Shown: piece after piece, positions 1-9,968 of the stretch
Layout: every line of letters begins with the position of its first letter
How positions within the stretch are numbered: the first letter of the stretch is position 1
IMG/VR virus record: IMGVR_UViG_3300037851_000141
Location: 267,850-331,849 of that record
Origin: a virus
Taxonomy: Duplodnaviria; Caudoviricetes
Strand: one strand, 5' to 3'
DNA length: 64,000 bases
Program-made: the position numbers and the translations under genes
The notes under the pieces: model-generated
What the model saw: the letters and a program-made list of their open reading frames with translations, nothing else
The model's database searches: none
What the model was told of the DNA's origin: nothing

Positions 1-113
1 ATTATTGTTATCTTATTGTTCATATGTTTAATCATAACAAATAAATATAACGAACTTGAAATTTCCAAGAAATTAGATAAAATCATACAACATCAAGAAA
101 AGAAAGTTGAAAA

Positions 114-329
114 ATGAAAAGAGCAAAGAAAGATTATCTAAAATCATTCAAGGTTAGCGGATTTAAGTGGGATATTGATCCAGTTTCATTATATAAATCC
201 TGCGAAGATGAAACTGGCAATATTGAAATATCTAAAAAAGACTTAAAAAAGATATTTGATGTTGCTATATTACGAGATTGTATTTCCAAAAGAATCATTG
301 AAGACCTTAAACGTCAGATAGGCTATTGA
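114..329 (+). CDS. hypothetical protein
   Basis: ORF track; tightly coupled to the next gene. Confidence 0.5.
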   Translation: MKRAKKDYLKSFKVSGFKWDIDPVSLYKSCEDETGNIEISKKDLKKIFDVAILRDCISKRIIEDLKRQIGY

Positions 330-330
330 T

Positions 331-927
331 ATGAAATTCAAGTTTTTTGCTATTGACCAACCACTGTATGATGCTTGGCGAAAATATTTAGGAGATTTAG
401 ATTTCATTTCAGTTCATTACGAGAATATATTTAATCAACAGACGGATTGTGTAGTTTCGCCGGCCAACAGTTTTGGATATATGGATGGTGGAATAGACGC
501 ATTATATACAAGATATTTTGGTCCTAAACTCCAGCAAAGACTTCAGCAAACAATACAATGTAGTTTTCGTGGTGAATTATTAGTTGGTCAATCGATACTT
601 TTAGAAACTGGCCACGAAAAAATACCTTACATGATATCGTCACCAACAATGAGATTACCAACTAAATTGCCAAAAAATACTGAAAATCCTTATTTGGCTA
701 TGCGAGCAACATTAATAAAATTGCTACAGAATCCAGATAAAAATATATCAACGGTTAGTATTCCTGGTTTTGGTACTGGTGTCGGTGGTGTTGACCCTGT
801 ATTATGCGCTGCCCAGGTTCGTAGAGCAATTGATGATATATGGTTAGATAAGTTTACGTTTCCTACGAATTTTAATGATGCTGTATTACCATTTACGAAT
901 AGAATACCGGGAGATTATAATGACTGA
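331..927 (+). CDS. macrodomain (ADP-ribose binding/hydrolase, Appr-1-p processing family)
   Basis: DCVVSPANSFGYMDGGIDALY and IPGFGTGVGG motifs typical of macrodomains. Confidence 0.9.
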   Translation: MKFKFFAIDQPLYDAWRKYLGDLDFISVHYENIFNQQTDCVVSPANSFGYMDGGIDALYTRYFGPKLQQRLQQTIQCSFRGELLVGQSILLETGHEKIPYMISSPTMRLPTKLPKNTENPYLAMRATLIKLLQNPDKNISTVSIPGFGTGVGGVDPVLCAAQVRRAIDDIWLDKFTFPTNFNDAVLPFTNRIPGDYND

Positions 928-1162
928 ATATACATCATCCCCCACAGATTTAACAGTTCAAAGCACCAAACAGGTTATTATTGAGGATTATTACGGGATG
1001 TCAAATTTTCCCATTAAAGCGACGTTTGATTTTTCTCAAGTACCAAATGAATTACACGAAGCATTTTTGAACAGAATCTTAAACGAACATAAGGATAGGA
1101 CAGCACCAATAGTATCAAATCCTGGACTATTAGGAAGAATATTTGGAAGGAAGAAATCATGA
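920..1162 (+). CDS. hypothetical protein
   Basis: ORF track 875..1162; start moved to ATG 920 (GGAGA RBS, ATGA overlap with the macrodomain stop). Confidence 0.55.
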   Translation: MTEYTSSPTDLTVQSTKQVIIEDYYGMSNFPIKATFDFSQVPNELHEAFLNRILNEHKDRTAPIVSNPGLLGRIFGRKKS

Positions 1163-1365
1163 GTACCTTTATTTTTGTCATTGCTTATTTCGCAGCCATA
1201 ATGTCATCTCTTTTACTTATTCTTAGGATTTTAGGATTTTTGACATATAGTAAACGTGATAGGTTGTTAGATCAGATAAAAGGTATAAGATCAACATTCC
1301 CGGTATTTTGGCCGTTTGTAATATCTTTTGTTGCTTGGACTTACATCATTATCAGATCTTATTGA
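1159..1365 (+). CDS. small membrane protein
   Basis: two hydrophobic segments; ATGA coupling. Confidence 0.6.
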   Translation: MSTFIFVIAYFAAIMSSLLLILRILGFLTYSKRDRLLDQIKGIRSTFPVFWPFVISFVAWTYIIIRSY

Positions 1366-1753
1366 TTGGAGGATAACATGAAACAAATATCAGACAAACT
1401 TTACGAACAATTAGTTGATTTGTTATACAGTTTAGAGGGATGTAAAAATCGTCGTGACTTAGATTGTATTGAAGAAGCTTCGGCATATCAATATCAACAG
1501 TCTGAGTATCCCCTTTGTTTTGGTTGTAAATGTCGTTTAATGCGAGAAGAATTACAGTTATTGAAATAAATCATATGAAAACTCGCAAGCATCATAATAA
1601 TAAAGGTTTACAGCAGATTAAAACCGGAAGTGTTAAAAGAGAAATAATAAGAATTGCTAAAAAATATAAAATCCCTTATGGTCGTAGAAAAAAGTAGTTG
1701 ATTGTTGTCAAACCCCGAGTATAATCATTGCCTAAGAAATAAAGGAGTAAGTT

Positions 1754-2056
1754 ATGTTGTCGGTTAAGAATATAAAGTATGCTGACTTTTTCTTTATAGT
1801 TTGTATTTGGATTAATATAGGTGTTATGTGTTATTTAGCTTTCACAAATACTATTAAACATAATCAAAAGAATACAAAAGAAATCAAGCCTGACCTTATA
1901 GGTAAAGAGATAACAGTTTGCGGGAAACGGGGTGTTATAACAAGTACTATGGACGATGAGGTACGCATATTTTTCATAGATACAGAAACTAAAGTATGGT
2001 TGCCATTAAAAGTATGTAAATTCCAAGATAACCAAGTAGAAAAGGATACCAAATGA
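1754..2056 (+). CDS. membrane-anchored hypothetical protein
   Basis: AAGGAG RBS, upstream TTGATT-N16-TATAAT, N-terminal hydrophobic helix. Confidence 0.65.
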   Translation: MLSVKNIKYADFFFIVCIWINIGVMCYLAFTNTIKHNQKNTKEIKPDLIGKEITVCGKRGVITSTMDDEVRIFFIDTETKVWLPLKVCKFQDNQVEKDTK

Positions 2057-2505
2057 ACATCGAAGAAATCATCCACCAAATGTATAAAGATCACAATGAA
2101 TTGATGTCTTTGGCTAAAGCTGAATTTGAGCCATTACGTAAATTTATAAACACTACCAAAATAACATCAGTTCGTGGTAAAGGATTGTTTGGATTTATAT
2201 TCCAAGAGAAAAAAGTTGAAACAGTACCATTACAAATAGAATATTCATATCAGTTAGGTCAAGAAGATTCTTTTGTTAAAGTGCGAGTCATTATTCGAGA
2301 ATCATCGGTTTGTATGTACGAGAATTGTGTCAGATTTGAGGTTTTTACTTTGAAAGATTTTACATACAACGAAAAGAACCTGAAAATGTTTGTAGAAAAT
2401 ATACTTAGGTTAGTTAACGAGCGAGAACTAACTGAATATGGTAAAGCTATTTTTGATAGTGCTAAATCACAACTTAAAGAAATTCCAAGAGAGGTTGAGT
2501 CGTGA
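2053..2505 (+). CDS. hypothetical protein
   Basis: ORF track; ATGA overlap. Confidence 0.65.
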   Translation: MNIEEIIHQMYKDHNELMSLAKAEFEPLRKFINTTKITSVRGKGLFGFIFQEKKVETVPLQIEYSYQLGQEDSFVKVRVIIRESSVCMYENCVRFEVFTLKDFTYNEKNLKMFVENILRLVNERELTEYGKAIFDSAKSQLKEIPREVES

Positions 2506-2644
2506 TTGAAACTATGTCATATTGGAATATTATGAAACGTGGCAACTTCCGATTCTATTGGTTTCCTGGTGTGATTCCTGGCATCTATCGGGATTATTAT
2601 GACGGTTGGATGTTGGCGATTAACTTTGGAATATTTAGTTTAGA

Positions 2645-3764
2645 ATGGACCGGAGCATGAAACTATCTCTTTATGACAGATTCTTAAAGTTATTTGGAGT
2701 AAACATTACCTATGAGTGGTGTGTTGTCGGTTGCCTAATTGGTCGTCATAGTTGGGATTACCGTTTAGAAAAATGCCGGAATGGAACTCCTGTTATTTCT
2801 GGTGGATTTCTAAACGTTATAAAAGTCCAAACAGAAGAACATGCTAAAGAGATTTATGACGAGTTTACTGAAAAGGCTGAAAAATATAACAAAGAACAAG
2901 GATATGCGCCATGAAAAATAAACAATCGCGCCTTGTTGGAAGTATTCTCTGGTCAGAAGCAAGACCGTTTTTCTATGGCATTTATACTGGAATTACGATT
3001 GACGGAGAAAAATGTAAAATTGATTATGATTATAAGGTAAAAGCGTATACTAAATCTGGTCAAATTGGTACTGATAAGATATTATGTTGGCATTTCCGAG
3101 TTAAACATTTTGAAGCCATGTATAACGAACTTGATTTACCTTCATAACAAATAAAAAGGAAACAAAATGAGCCAAGACCTCCAAAAATTAGCCACAATCT
3201 CCTATGTCACCGACTGCGATACCGAATTATATGTTTGTGGTGAGATGACAGGTGGATTTGATGAAGAAGAACTTAAAAAATATTTAGAACGATACGAGAA
3301 GACAGGATTAGAAGATATACTATTACAACTATCCTTTATGACTCATCACGCAATAATGGCTTGGCGAAAAATACAAGACGATAAAAATATAGGAGCAACG
3401 TGTGAACAACCAACGAATTGAACTTATCATAGCCAAACTTCAACTCATGCTGACTAAACAGAATTCAACATGGGCAGATTACGATTATATTATCCAACTA
3501 CTACATCAAGACCACCGAGAAACCAGCAAGGATAAGATAATTGAAAATAATAAGTTAATTTCTGATGGACATTATACAGATTTTTGTTATCCTAAATGCG
3601 GAAGCTACATGTTTGGTTCATCATTAACTAAAGATGGTTGGATACGTCATTGTCATGGAAACGAAAAATGGAAATGTGATTACTCTGCTCCCGAATACGA
3701 AGACCACAAACACTTTAAGAAATTTGTAAAAAAAACGAAGAATTTATTGCTGATGAAATGGTGA
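2645..3764 (+). other. run of four short coupled hypothetical CDSs (2645-2914, 2911-3147, 3167-3421, 3402-3764)
   Basis: ORF track; same strand, tiling without gaps. Confidence 0.55.
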
Positions 3765-3767
3765 GCG

Positions 3768-4049
3768 ATGAGAATAATCAACAGCCGTAATCTTCCACTT
3801 AACTTCGGTAAACATCGGGACTTATCTCTAAAACAAATAGCAGATAGGTTTCCAGGATATTTCTGTTGGCTAAAACGAGATAAAGTTATTAAAATGCGAA
3901 CCAAAAAAGATCAAAATTGGTTCAATCAAAGGGCAAATACCTTAAATAAACGGACCACACTTATTAGAACAATCTTGTATGATGCTCAAGATGATTCAAT
4001 AGCAGATTATTTACAAGAAACCGCCTACAACGAACATTGGGGATATTAA
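3768..4049 (+). CDS. small protein with FGKH..L.QI...P.Y..W motif (DUF3820/ExoX C-terminal-like)
   Basis: LNFGKHRDLSLKQIADRFPGYFCWL. Confidence 0.55.
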   Translation: MRIINSRNLPLNFGKHRDLSLKQIADRFPGYFCWLKRDKVIKMRTKKDQNWFNQRANTLNKRTTLIRTILYDAQDDSIADYLQETAYNEHWGY

Positions 4050-4050
4050 G

Positions 4051-4599
4051 ATGAGATTTATATACGCCCAAAATCCACTTAATACCGAAATCTATCTTGA
4101 CGAAACAGATATCAAAATCGCTCGACTAAAGATAGAAATAGCCGACTTGGAAGATTCTATTTTCTCAGCACAATTTCATCTTGATCAACCACAATTCCGC
4201 GATCAAGAAAAAGCAAACTGGCATATAACACAACCAAAGTTATATACCGAAGAACGAGAAAAAATGTTAGATGATAGGACTAAAGAACACCTAAAATCTC
4301 TCATTGAACCTCATGTTGGTGATTGTATTTGTTTACCGTGTACCTGCGAAAAATGTTATATATCAGATATGCTTGACATTGACGAACTTGGATTCAAATC
4401 AAAAGGGTTTAACAAGCATATAGGTTATCTTATTCATCGAACCTTCCAAAATGCAGCTACTTGTTCTGAGGCAATTGAATACTTAAGTAAAAATCCTCCA
4501 AATGAAAACTGGAGCAAAAACTATCATGACAATTATCAAAAAGCACTTGACTATCTCAAAGAACATGATAAACTGTTAAGCATATGTAAAGGGGCCTAA
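4051..4599 (+). CDS. hypothetical protein with Cys cluster
   Basis: CICLPCTCEKC; ORF track. Confidence 0.65.
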   Translation: MRFIYAQNPLNTEIYLDETDIKIARLKIEIADLEDSIFSAQFHLDQPQFRDQEKANWHITQPKLYTEEREKMLDDRTKEHLKSLIEPHVGDCICLPCTCEKCYISDMLDIDELGFKSKGFNKHIGYLIHRTFQNAATCSEAIEYLSKNPPNENWSKNYHDNYQKALDYLKEHDKLLSICKGA

Positions 4600-4600
4600 C

Positions 4601-5212
4601 ATGAGCGACCTGGATTTAACTTGCGATGTTAGTAAATCTTCGTTTGGTACAACTAATTTTATAAAATATGAGATTAGAACCAATTTTCATGATGCGTTCC
4701 CTGCGATTATAATTACATATAGGTCAAACCGCGATGATGCCGCTATTCCTGAACTTGATTTATCATTTAGTAGTGGTGGAATTGAAACTCCTGAAAACTT
4801 ATATCAATGGTCTGAATTCACTCAACAAATGTCTGATGCTTGGTCACTCGCAACTAAAATAATAGAACACCATAAAATAAATACAAAACCATATATTGAA
4901 CCAGAAGAAAAATTAGACCCAGCTATAAAAAAACTCCCGCTGAAATACAAGAAAAAGTTTAGTTTATCATATGACCATCAAGCGCGAACATTAGATCCAG
5001 TTAATGGGTATATTCGGAAAACTGGCTGGACTATTGTTGGTAAAATTCATGAAGATTACTACGAATGGATAAATGACTTTGAAGCATTCCACCCAAAATA
5101 TGGAAGAGTAAAAGGAAACTTCGAATCATTAGTAGAAGCATCATCGAAGAAAGCATATGATCGGTTTGTCAAAGACCATCCATTTCACGAATGGGACTAC
5201 TACGATATATGA
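4601..5212 (+). CDS. hypothetical protein
   Basis: 203-aa ORF, tiles with neighbours. Confidence 0.65.
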   Translation: MSDLDLTCDVSKSSFGTTNFIKYEIRTNFHDAFPAIIITYRSNRDDAAIPELDLSFSSGGIETPENLYQWSEFTQQMSDAWSLATKIIEHHKINTKPYIEPEEKLDPAIKKLPLKYKKKFSLSYDHQARTLDPVNGYIRKTGWTIVGKIHEDYYEWINDFEAFHPKYGRVKGNFESLVEASSKKAYDRFVKDHPFHEWDYYDI

Positions 5213-5562
5213 AACATCAAAAAACTCCAAATGATACCAAGTTTCTAAAAGATTTTGATTCTTGGATTAAAAAGAAGATGCGTAGAAACATTGATCCATA
5301 TAATCTTGCTCTGGATGCCGTTTCTTGGGCTAAAAATTATCTCAATGCTGGTACGTGGATTAATGTAAAAGATGATTTGCCTAAAGTTGGAACCTGTGAT
5401 GGAATATACGATCACGTTCCAGTATTTGCCTATAACGGCTCAAAAGTCATACCTTGTTATTTTACTATTTACGACGAAGGTATTATGTTTATGACCGATG
5501 AAGGACTTAGAATAACGAACGTCACTCACTGGATGGCTGCCCCTAACTCACCAAAGGAATAA
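5209..5562 (+). CDS. DUF551-like phage protein
   Basis: WINVKDDLP...VTHWMAAP pattern; start moved to the ATGA overlap. Confidence 0.6.
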   Translation: MKHQKTPNDTKFLKDFDSWIKKKMRRNIDPYNLALDAVSWAKNYLNAGTWINVKDDLPKVGTCDGIYDHVPVFAYNGSKVIPCYFTIYDEGIMFMTDEGLRITNVTHWMAAPNSPKE

Positions 5563-5563
5563 C

Positions 5564-6244
5564 ATGAAAAAACTTAATGAAGACTGGTTTGACAATACAA
5601 TGAAAGATTCTATATCACAACTATCAAAAGATGTAAAAGCAAATCTTAGTAGTCTGAAAATCTTAGAATACTACCCATACGGACCAAAAAAGACATATGC
5701 CTCTTGGTTACGTTGCTCTGAAGATTTGAGTCAAGAATATATTGTACATGACCGATATTCTAAGATGACAGAAATGGAATTGGTTGTTGATATAATGTCT
5801 GAAGTGTCCAAAGCAATGTACTATACTATCATTGACAGACCTGGATTCAGTAAATACCAGACTATTCAAGCGTTTGGTATGAGTCAGATATTTAGTCGTG
5901 GAATAATTGATTGGAATAAAGAAATAACAAAAGGAAAAACTGAAGCCGAAATAATTGCTTTGGAAACGAAACATGAGAAACTGTTGCGCCGAGTTCATAG
6001 TGATTATAATGAAATACAATTTAAGCGATCATTAAAGCATTATCCAGTAAATGAAAGAAAAGCGTTAATTGAAGAACATGAGAAGGAAGAACAAAAACAT
6101 AAGGAAGCCAATCGAAAAAAGTATGGGATATATGAAGTTAAAGTCCTACCTCTTATGGGTGAAACTGGTAAGCCACTCTATACGAAACAACAACTCGCGG
6201 CCATAAATTTCATCGTAGGCATGTCTTTTGAGAATATGTGCTGA
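5564..6244 (+). CDS. hypothetical protein
   Basis: 226-aa ORF with AAGGA RBS. Confidence 0.65.
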   Translation: MKKLNEDWFDNTMKDSISQLSKDVKANLSSLKILEYYPYGPKKTYASWLRCSEDLSQEYIVHDRYSKMTEMELVVDIMSEVSKAMYYTIIDRPGFSKYQTIQAFGMSQIFSRGIIDWNKEITKGKTEAEIIALETKHEKLLRRVHSDYNEIQFKRSLKHYPVNERKALIEEHEKEEQKHKEANRKKYGIYEVKVLPLMGETGKPLYTKQQLAAINFIVGMSFENMC

Positions 6245-6728
6245 TATGGACCGAGATGACCCCGAATTAGTTAAGTATGCCGTAAACTATGTGACCTCCC
6301 ACTGTACTTGCGAAATTGAAGTCGGTATGGGATCACTCTGTCCATTTTGCCGCTCACAAATAAAATCAAGAGAACCCGAAGTTGAACCACCTAAAAGTAA
6401 ATCAGTTCCAGCTATCCAGAATATAGAAATAGTAGAAGAAGTTATAAGCCTTGTCAATGAAGTTAAATCAGGGCAAGATGTTATTTGCTTGAATTGCCAC
6501 AAAGATTCATTTAAGTTCCGAACAGGTAAATATGGTGATTTTGTATATTGTCCAACCTGTAAATGTACTATGTCAGGATCATCTGCTTTGAGAAAACTAA
6601 AAAATGATCTTTTCGGTACAACCCAACCATCAAGAATAAACTATGGTTGCGATACTGGTGGATTCCTTACTCCAGATTTAGATGATGCTGACCCGACAGA
6701 TTCTCACCATTTGATGTATGGCTCTTAA
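6228..6728 (+). CDS. zinc-ribbon protein
   Basis: CTC..CPFC, CLNC and GKYGDFVYCPTC motifs; true start may be 6246. Confidence 0.55.
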   Translation: MRICADMDRDDPELVKYAVNYVTSHCTCEIEVGMGSLCPFCRSQIKSREPEVEPPKSKSVPAIQNIEIVEEVISLVNEVKSGQDVICLNCHKDSFKFRTGKYGDFVYCPTCKCTMSGSSALRKLKNDLFGTTQPSRINYGCDTGGFLTPDLDDADPTDSHHLMYGS

Positions 6729-7002
6729 GAAAGGAATAACATGTTTCACGAAGATTATGTAAAGAACGTTAAACATATTCTTGAACTCATGAATAAATAC
6801 GAACCTTATCCAAATGACAAATCTAAAATCTTATCTCAAATAAATAGACTCGTACAAACTGAAATCCATAAAGTCCATGATGAAATAGAATCCGCTATAA
6901 AGGAATTGGAAGGCTAAACATGATTAACCTTCGCTATCTCATCAAACGCACAAAATCAATAGAAAAAATAGCACTATATCCAGGTAGAAAAAATAGAAAA
7001 GA

Positions 7003-7656
7003 TTATAATCCAGGAGCCGCGTCTGATTTACGGTCATCATAAGGCATAGTGTAATCTGGACGACTCATTCTATCTCTTTGACCGTCTTCATCATCAGAAT
7101 CATTCCAACCATTTTCATACGCCCAAGCAAGTATCGGTTCTTTTGGTTTAGGCCAAGTTTCGCTTGTTCTACGTCTTCCATCAATATAAGCTTTTATTAG
7201 TTTATATAATAGAGAATCTTCTGGTATTTTCTTTTCGAAGAAATCTCCAAGTTGATTATCAGATGGACGGAATTGTTTAGCTTGTGCGTAGAATTTCTTT
7301 TCGGTTTCAGATCCAGCACCTAATTGTGGAAGGTTGAGTGCTTCTGTCATGGCTGCTATTTCTTCTGGAGTTACATCAATCTTTTCATATGAGGCGTCAG
7401 GTAAGTTTTCGACCTTACCAAAATCATTAAGGGATTGAATGTATCCTTTATCATACGCCATACGTTCTTTTTCATTAGCAGGAGGCATATAGTTTGGATA
7501 ATCCTGTTGACCCTTTTCTTCCCAATTAGTTTTTGCTGTTGGTTGAATCTGTTTACGGTGTCTGACTGCTGCTCTTGTTAATCTTCCTTCGCCCATTATA
7601 GATTCGTTTAGTTGTTGCCAAGTCTTTTTTAGGTCTTTATATAGTTTGTCGTCCAT
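7003..7656 (-). CDS. late-expressed putative head-internal protein
   Basis: TATAAATA at 7684-7677 overlaps the track start, so start moved to MDDKLY (AAAGGA RBS); LNE candidate protease site. Confidence 0.65.
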   Translation of the reverse strand: MDDKLYKDLKKTWQQLNESIMGEGRLTRAAVRHRKQIQPTAKTNWEEKGQQDYPNYMPPANEKERMAYDKGYIQSLNDFGKVENLPDASYEKIDVTPEEIAAMTEALNLPQLGAGSETEKKFYAQAKQFRPSDNQLGDFFEKKIPEDSLLYKLIKAYIDGRRRTSETWPKPKEPILAWAYENGWNDSDDEDGQRDRMSRPDYTMPYDDRKSDAAPGL

Positions 7657-7696
7657 TTGAGTTATTCCTTTAGACATATTTATATGATTTTTGTTC

Positions 7697-7724
7697 TTGA
7701 CTCTACATAAATAGCTGATAGAAT
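7697..7724 (+). promoter_or_regulatory. sigma70-like promoter of the tRNA-Arg gene
   Basis: TTGACT-N16-TAGAAT. Confidence 0.6.
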
Positions 7725-7743
7725 ATGCGCGTTGAAAAGATAT

Positions 7744-7864
7744 ACCCGTGTAGCTCAGATGGCAGAGCGAGAGCCTTCTGCGGAGATTATAGGAATATAT
7801 TGGGTTCGAATCCCAATCTCTGCTCCAAAGCTCTAGGTCGGAGGTTCAAGTCCTCTCACGGGCG
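7744..7864 (+). tRNA. trnR-UCU: tRNA-Arg(UCU) interrupted at 36/37 by a 48-nt insert
   Basis: D stem GCTC/GAGC, anticodon stem AGAGC/GCTCT, loop CT-TCT-[insert]-AA, T arm GGAGG-TTCAAGT-CCTCT, acceptor CCCGTG/CACGGG; A1-C72 mismatch, C20, followed by CTA rather than CCA. Confidence 0.8.
7780..7827 (+). ncRNA. nested mini-tRNA (acceptor stem + small hairpin + T arm + CCA)
   Basis: GCGGAGA/TCTCTGC 7-bp stem, TATA-GGAA-TATA hairpin, TTGGG-TTCGAAT-CCCAA T arm, T-CCA end. Confidence 0.85.
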
Positions 7865-7869
7865 CTAAC

Positions 7870-7907
7870 AAATAAACCCATCAGCATAACAACTGGTGGG
7901 TTTATTT
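7870..7907 (+). terminator. intrinsic terminator after the tRNA
   Basis: AATAAACCCATCAG...CTGGTGGGTTTATT inverted repeat plus T-rich tail. Confidence 0.7.
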
Positions 7908-7920
7908 GTTATCAGAAACA

Positions 7921-7928
7921 TATAAATA
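7921..7928 (+). promoter_or_regulatory. T4-type late promoter
   Basis: TATAAATA 5 nt upstream of ATG 7934. Confidence 0.6.
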
Positions 7929-7933
7929 TCCAT

Positions 7934-8887
7934 ATGCCACAAGATGATAAAGTTTATAATCAATTAAAAGAAACCTGGAAGAACATTATTCAAGAAATGT
8001 TTATCCACGGTGATCCAAATAATAAGAATGTTATAGCGTTTAGAGATAGTATTTGGTTATTAGCGAATGATATTCCGGCATCACTTGCCAATGAGATATA
8101 TAAAAAAGTAGGAATTGATATCAAGTATAATGAAGATGCTGATTTTTTGGATTTAGCGAATGAAATAATGAATGAAAAGCCGGATGTACTTACAGGGTCT
8201 ATTAATGATAAAACCTTATTAGTTTATAGTTCAGGATCGTTTACATTAGATCCGAAGTCATCTATTCTTATCAAAAAAGTTGTACAGCATCTCAAACTCA
8301 AAAAAGTTGATTATCAGGAAATGGAAGATCAATTTACAGTTCCCAAGAAGAAAATAACTGGTCAAGTTCCAGACATAGCATATCATGGAACGTCTCTCAA
8401 TTATCTCGATAGCATTTTGAGACACGGATTAGAACCAAGAGGAAGTCAAAGCAATTACGAACAACAAGGCATTTACCACGATGATAAGATATTTTTCTCA
8501 ACTAGATTTGGAGAAGCAAGTCATCACGCAGATCATACAGCAGCATTGAAACAATCTAAACCTGTTGTTATTGAGTTTAGAATTCCAGATAAAAATCTTA
8601 TAACTCCAGATTATGACATTGATATCCAAAGTGGTGAAACGTTGTGGTCAGATACAAGAGATAGCAAATCGAAACTTACCAATCCAAAGAGTCAAAGCGC
8701 AAGTCAAGAGTTTGGAATATACGGTTATCAAGGAAAAATAATACCCCAACATTTTAGATATTTTTACATAAACTTAAGTGGGGATGAATATTCAACGCTT
8801 AAAAGCTATAAGAGATTTACATACAAACAATTACAAAAAATTATTAACAGATATGGTGACTTAGAATCTTATTTGGATTATTATTGA
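7934..8887 (+). CDS. ADP-ribosyltransferase-fold protein (HGT motif, Tpt1/KptA C-domain-like), probably virion-packaged
   Basis: AYHGTSLNYLDSILRHGLEP...IFFST...KPVVIEF; late promoter; N-terminus shared with 7003..7656. Confidence 0.65.
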   Translation: MPQDDKVYNQLKETWKNIIQEMFIHGDPNNKNVIAFRDSIWLLANDIPASLANEIYKKVGIDIKYNEDADFLDLANEIMNEKPDVLTGSINDKTLLVYSSGSFTLDPKSSILIKKVVQHLKLKKVDYQEMEDQFTVPKKKITGQVPDIAYHGTSLNYLDSILRHGLEPRGSQSNYEQQGIYHDDKIFFSTRFGEASHHADHTAALKQSKPVVIEFRIPDKNLITPDYDIDIQSGETLWSDTRDSKSKLTNPKSQSASQEFGIYGYQGKIIPQHFRYFYINLSGDEYSTLKSYKRFTYKQLQKIINRYGDLESYLDYY

Positions 8888-8948
8888 TACTTTAGTTGTT
8901 GATTTTAGATTCTGCTTGACTTTTATTTTTTGACTGTATAATGTGGTC

Positions 8949-9914
8949 ATGAACTTAGAGAATATCGGCTTTTACACTTTATCTGATGACCGGGCTAAGA
9001 ACTCGTCAGATAAGACTCCATTACATCGGTGTGAACTACTGTTAACTAAACGTTGTAATTTTAGATGTCCTTATTGTCGTGGAACTGGCCCTAAGCAAGA
9101 GGCATCATTAGAAGAAGCCCAAATGGTTGTTTCTGAGTGGGCTAAACATGGATTGAAGAATGTTAGGTTTTCTGGTGGTGAACCTACAGTTTGGCCGCAT
9201 TTGGTAGAATTGATTAAGCATACCAAGTCATTAGGTGTTGAGCGCATTGCTATTTCTTCAAACGGTAGTGCGAGTAAGGAATTATATAAAGAGTTATGTG
9301 ATTCTGGAGTAAACGATTTTTCTATTTCATTGGATGCTTGTTGTTCCTCTACTGGTGATACTATGTCTGGTGTAAAAGGTGCTTGGAATACTGTTGTCGA
9401 GAATATTAAGTATCTTTCGACCTTGACATATGTTACAGTAGGTGTCGTTCTAACTAATAATAACATTGAAGAATTGGGTAAAATCATTGAATTTGCTCAT
9501 AAACTTGGTGTTGCTGATATTAGAATCATTTCAGCGGCTCAAGTCTCAAATGATATAATTCTGAATGTTGATGTGTCTGATGATGTAAAAATGAAGCATC
9601 CTATCTTAATGTATCGTTTGAAGAACTTATCTGTTGGAAGAAATGTTCGTGGATTAAAAGAAACTGACACCCACAAATGTCCTTTGGTATTAGACGATAT
9701 GGCTGTTATGGATGGAAAACATTATCCTTGTATCATCTATATGCGTGAAGGTGGAGCCGCTATCGGTGAAGTTGGACCTAATATGCGTCAAGAGCGTTTA
9801 GATTGGTTCAATAAGACTGATACTCATAAAAATAAAATATGTAAAAATAACTGTTTGGATGTTTGTCAAGATTTCAATAACAAGTGGGAAGAGTTTCGGA
9901 AAAATCCTGCTTGA
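8949..9914 (+). CDS. radical SAM enzyme (MoaA/NirJ-like)
   Basis: CNFRCPYC, FSGGEPT, ISSNG, ISLD motifs; C-terminal Cys cluster; ATG 6 nt after TATAAT. Confidence 0.85.
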   Translation: MNLENIGFYTLSDDRAKNSSDKTPLHRCELLLTKRCNFRCPYCRGTGPKQEASLEEAQMVVSEWAKHGLKNVRFSGGEPTVWPHLVELIKHTKSLGVERIAISSNGSASKELYKELCDSGVNDFSISLDACCSSTGDTMSGVKGAWNTVVENIKYLSTLTYVTVGVVLTNNNIEELGKIIEFAHKLGVADIRIISAAQVSNDIILNVDVSDDVKMKHPILMYRLKNLSVGRNVRGLKETDTHKCPLVLDDMAVMDGKHYPCIIYMREGGAAIGEVGPNMRQERLDWFNKTDTHKNKICKNNCLDVCQDFNNKWEEFRKNPA

Positions 9915-9968
9915 CATTCAGAAAATAGTCGGTAGAATAAACGCGCACAAATAACAAAGGAATCAACC

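Noticed and set aside
7780-7827. Archaeal-type BHB intron or group I intron
   Set aside because: No bulge-helix-bulge at the junctions, position 36/37 rather than 37/38, too short, and it does not end in G
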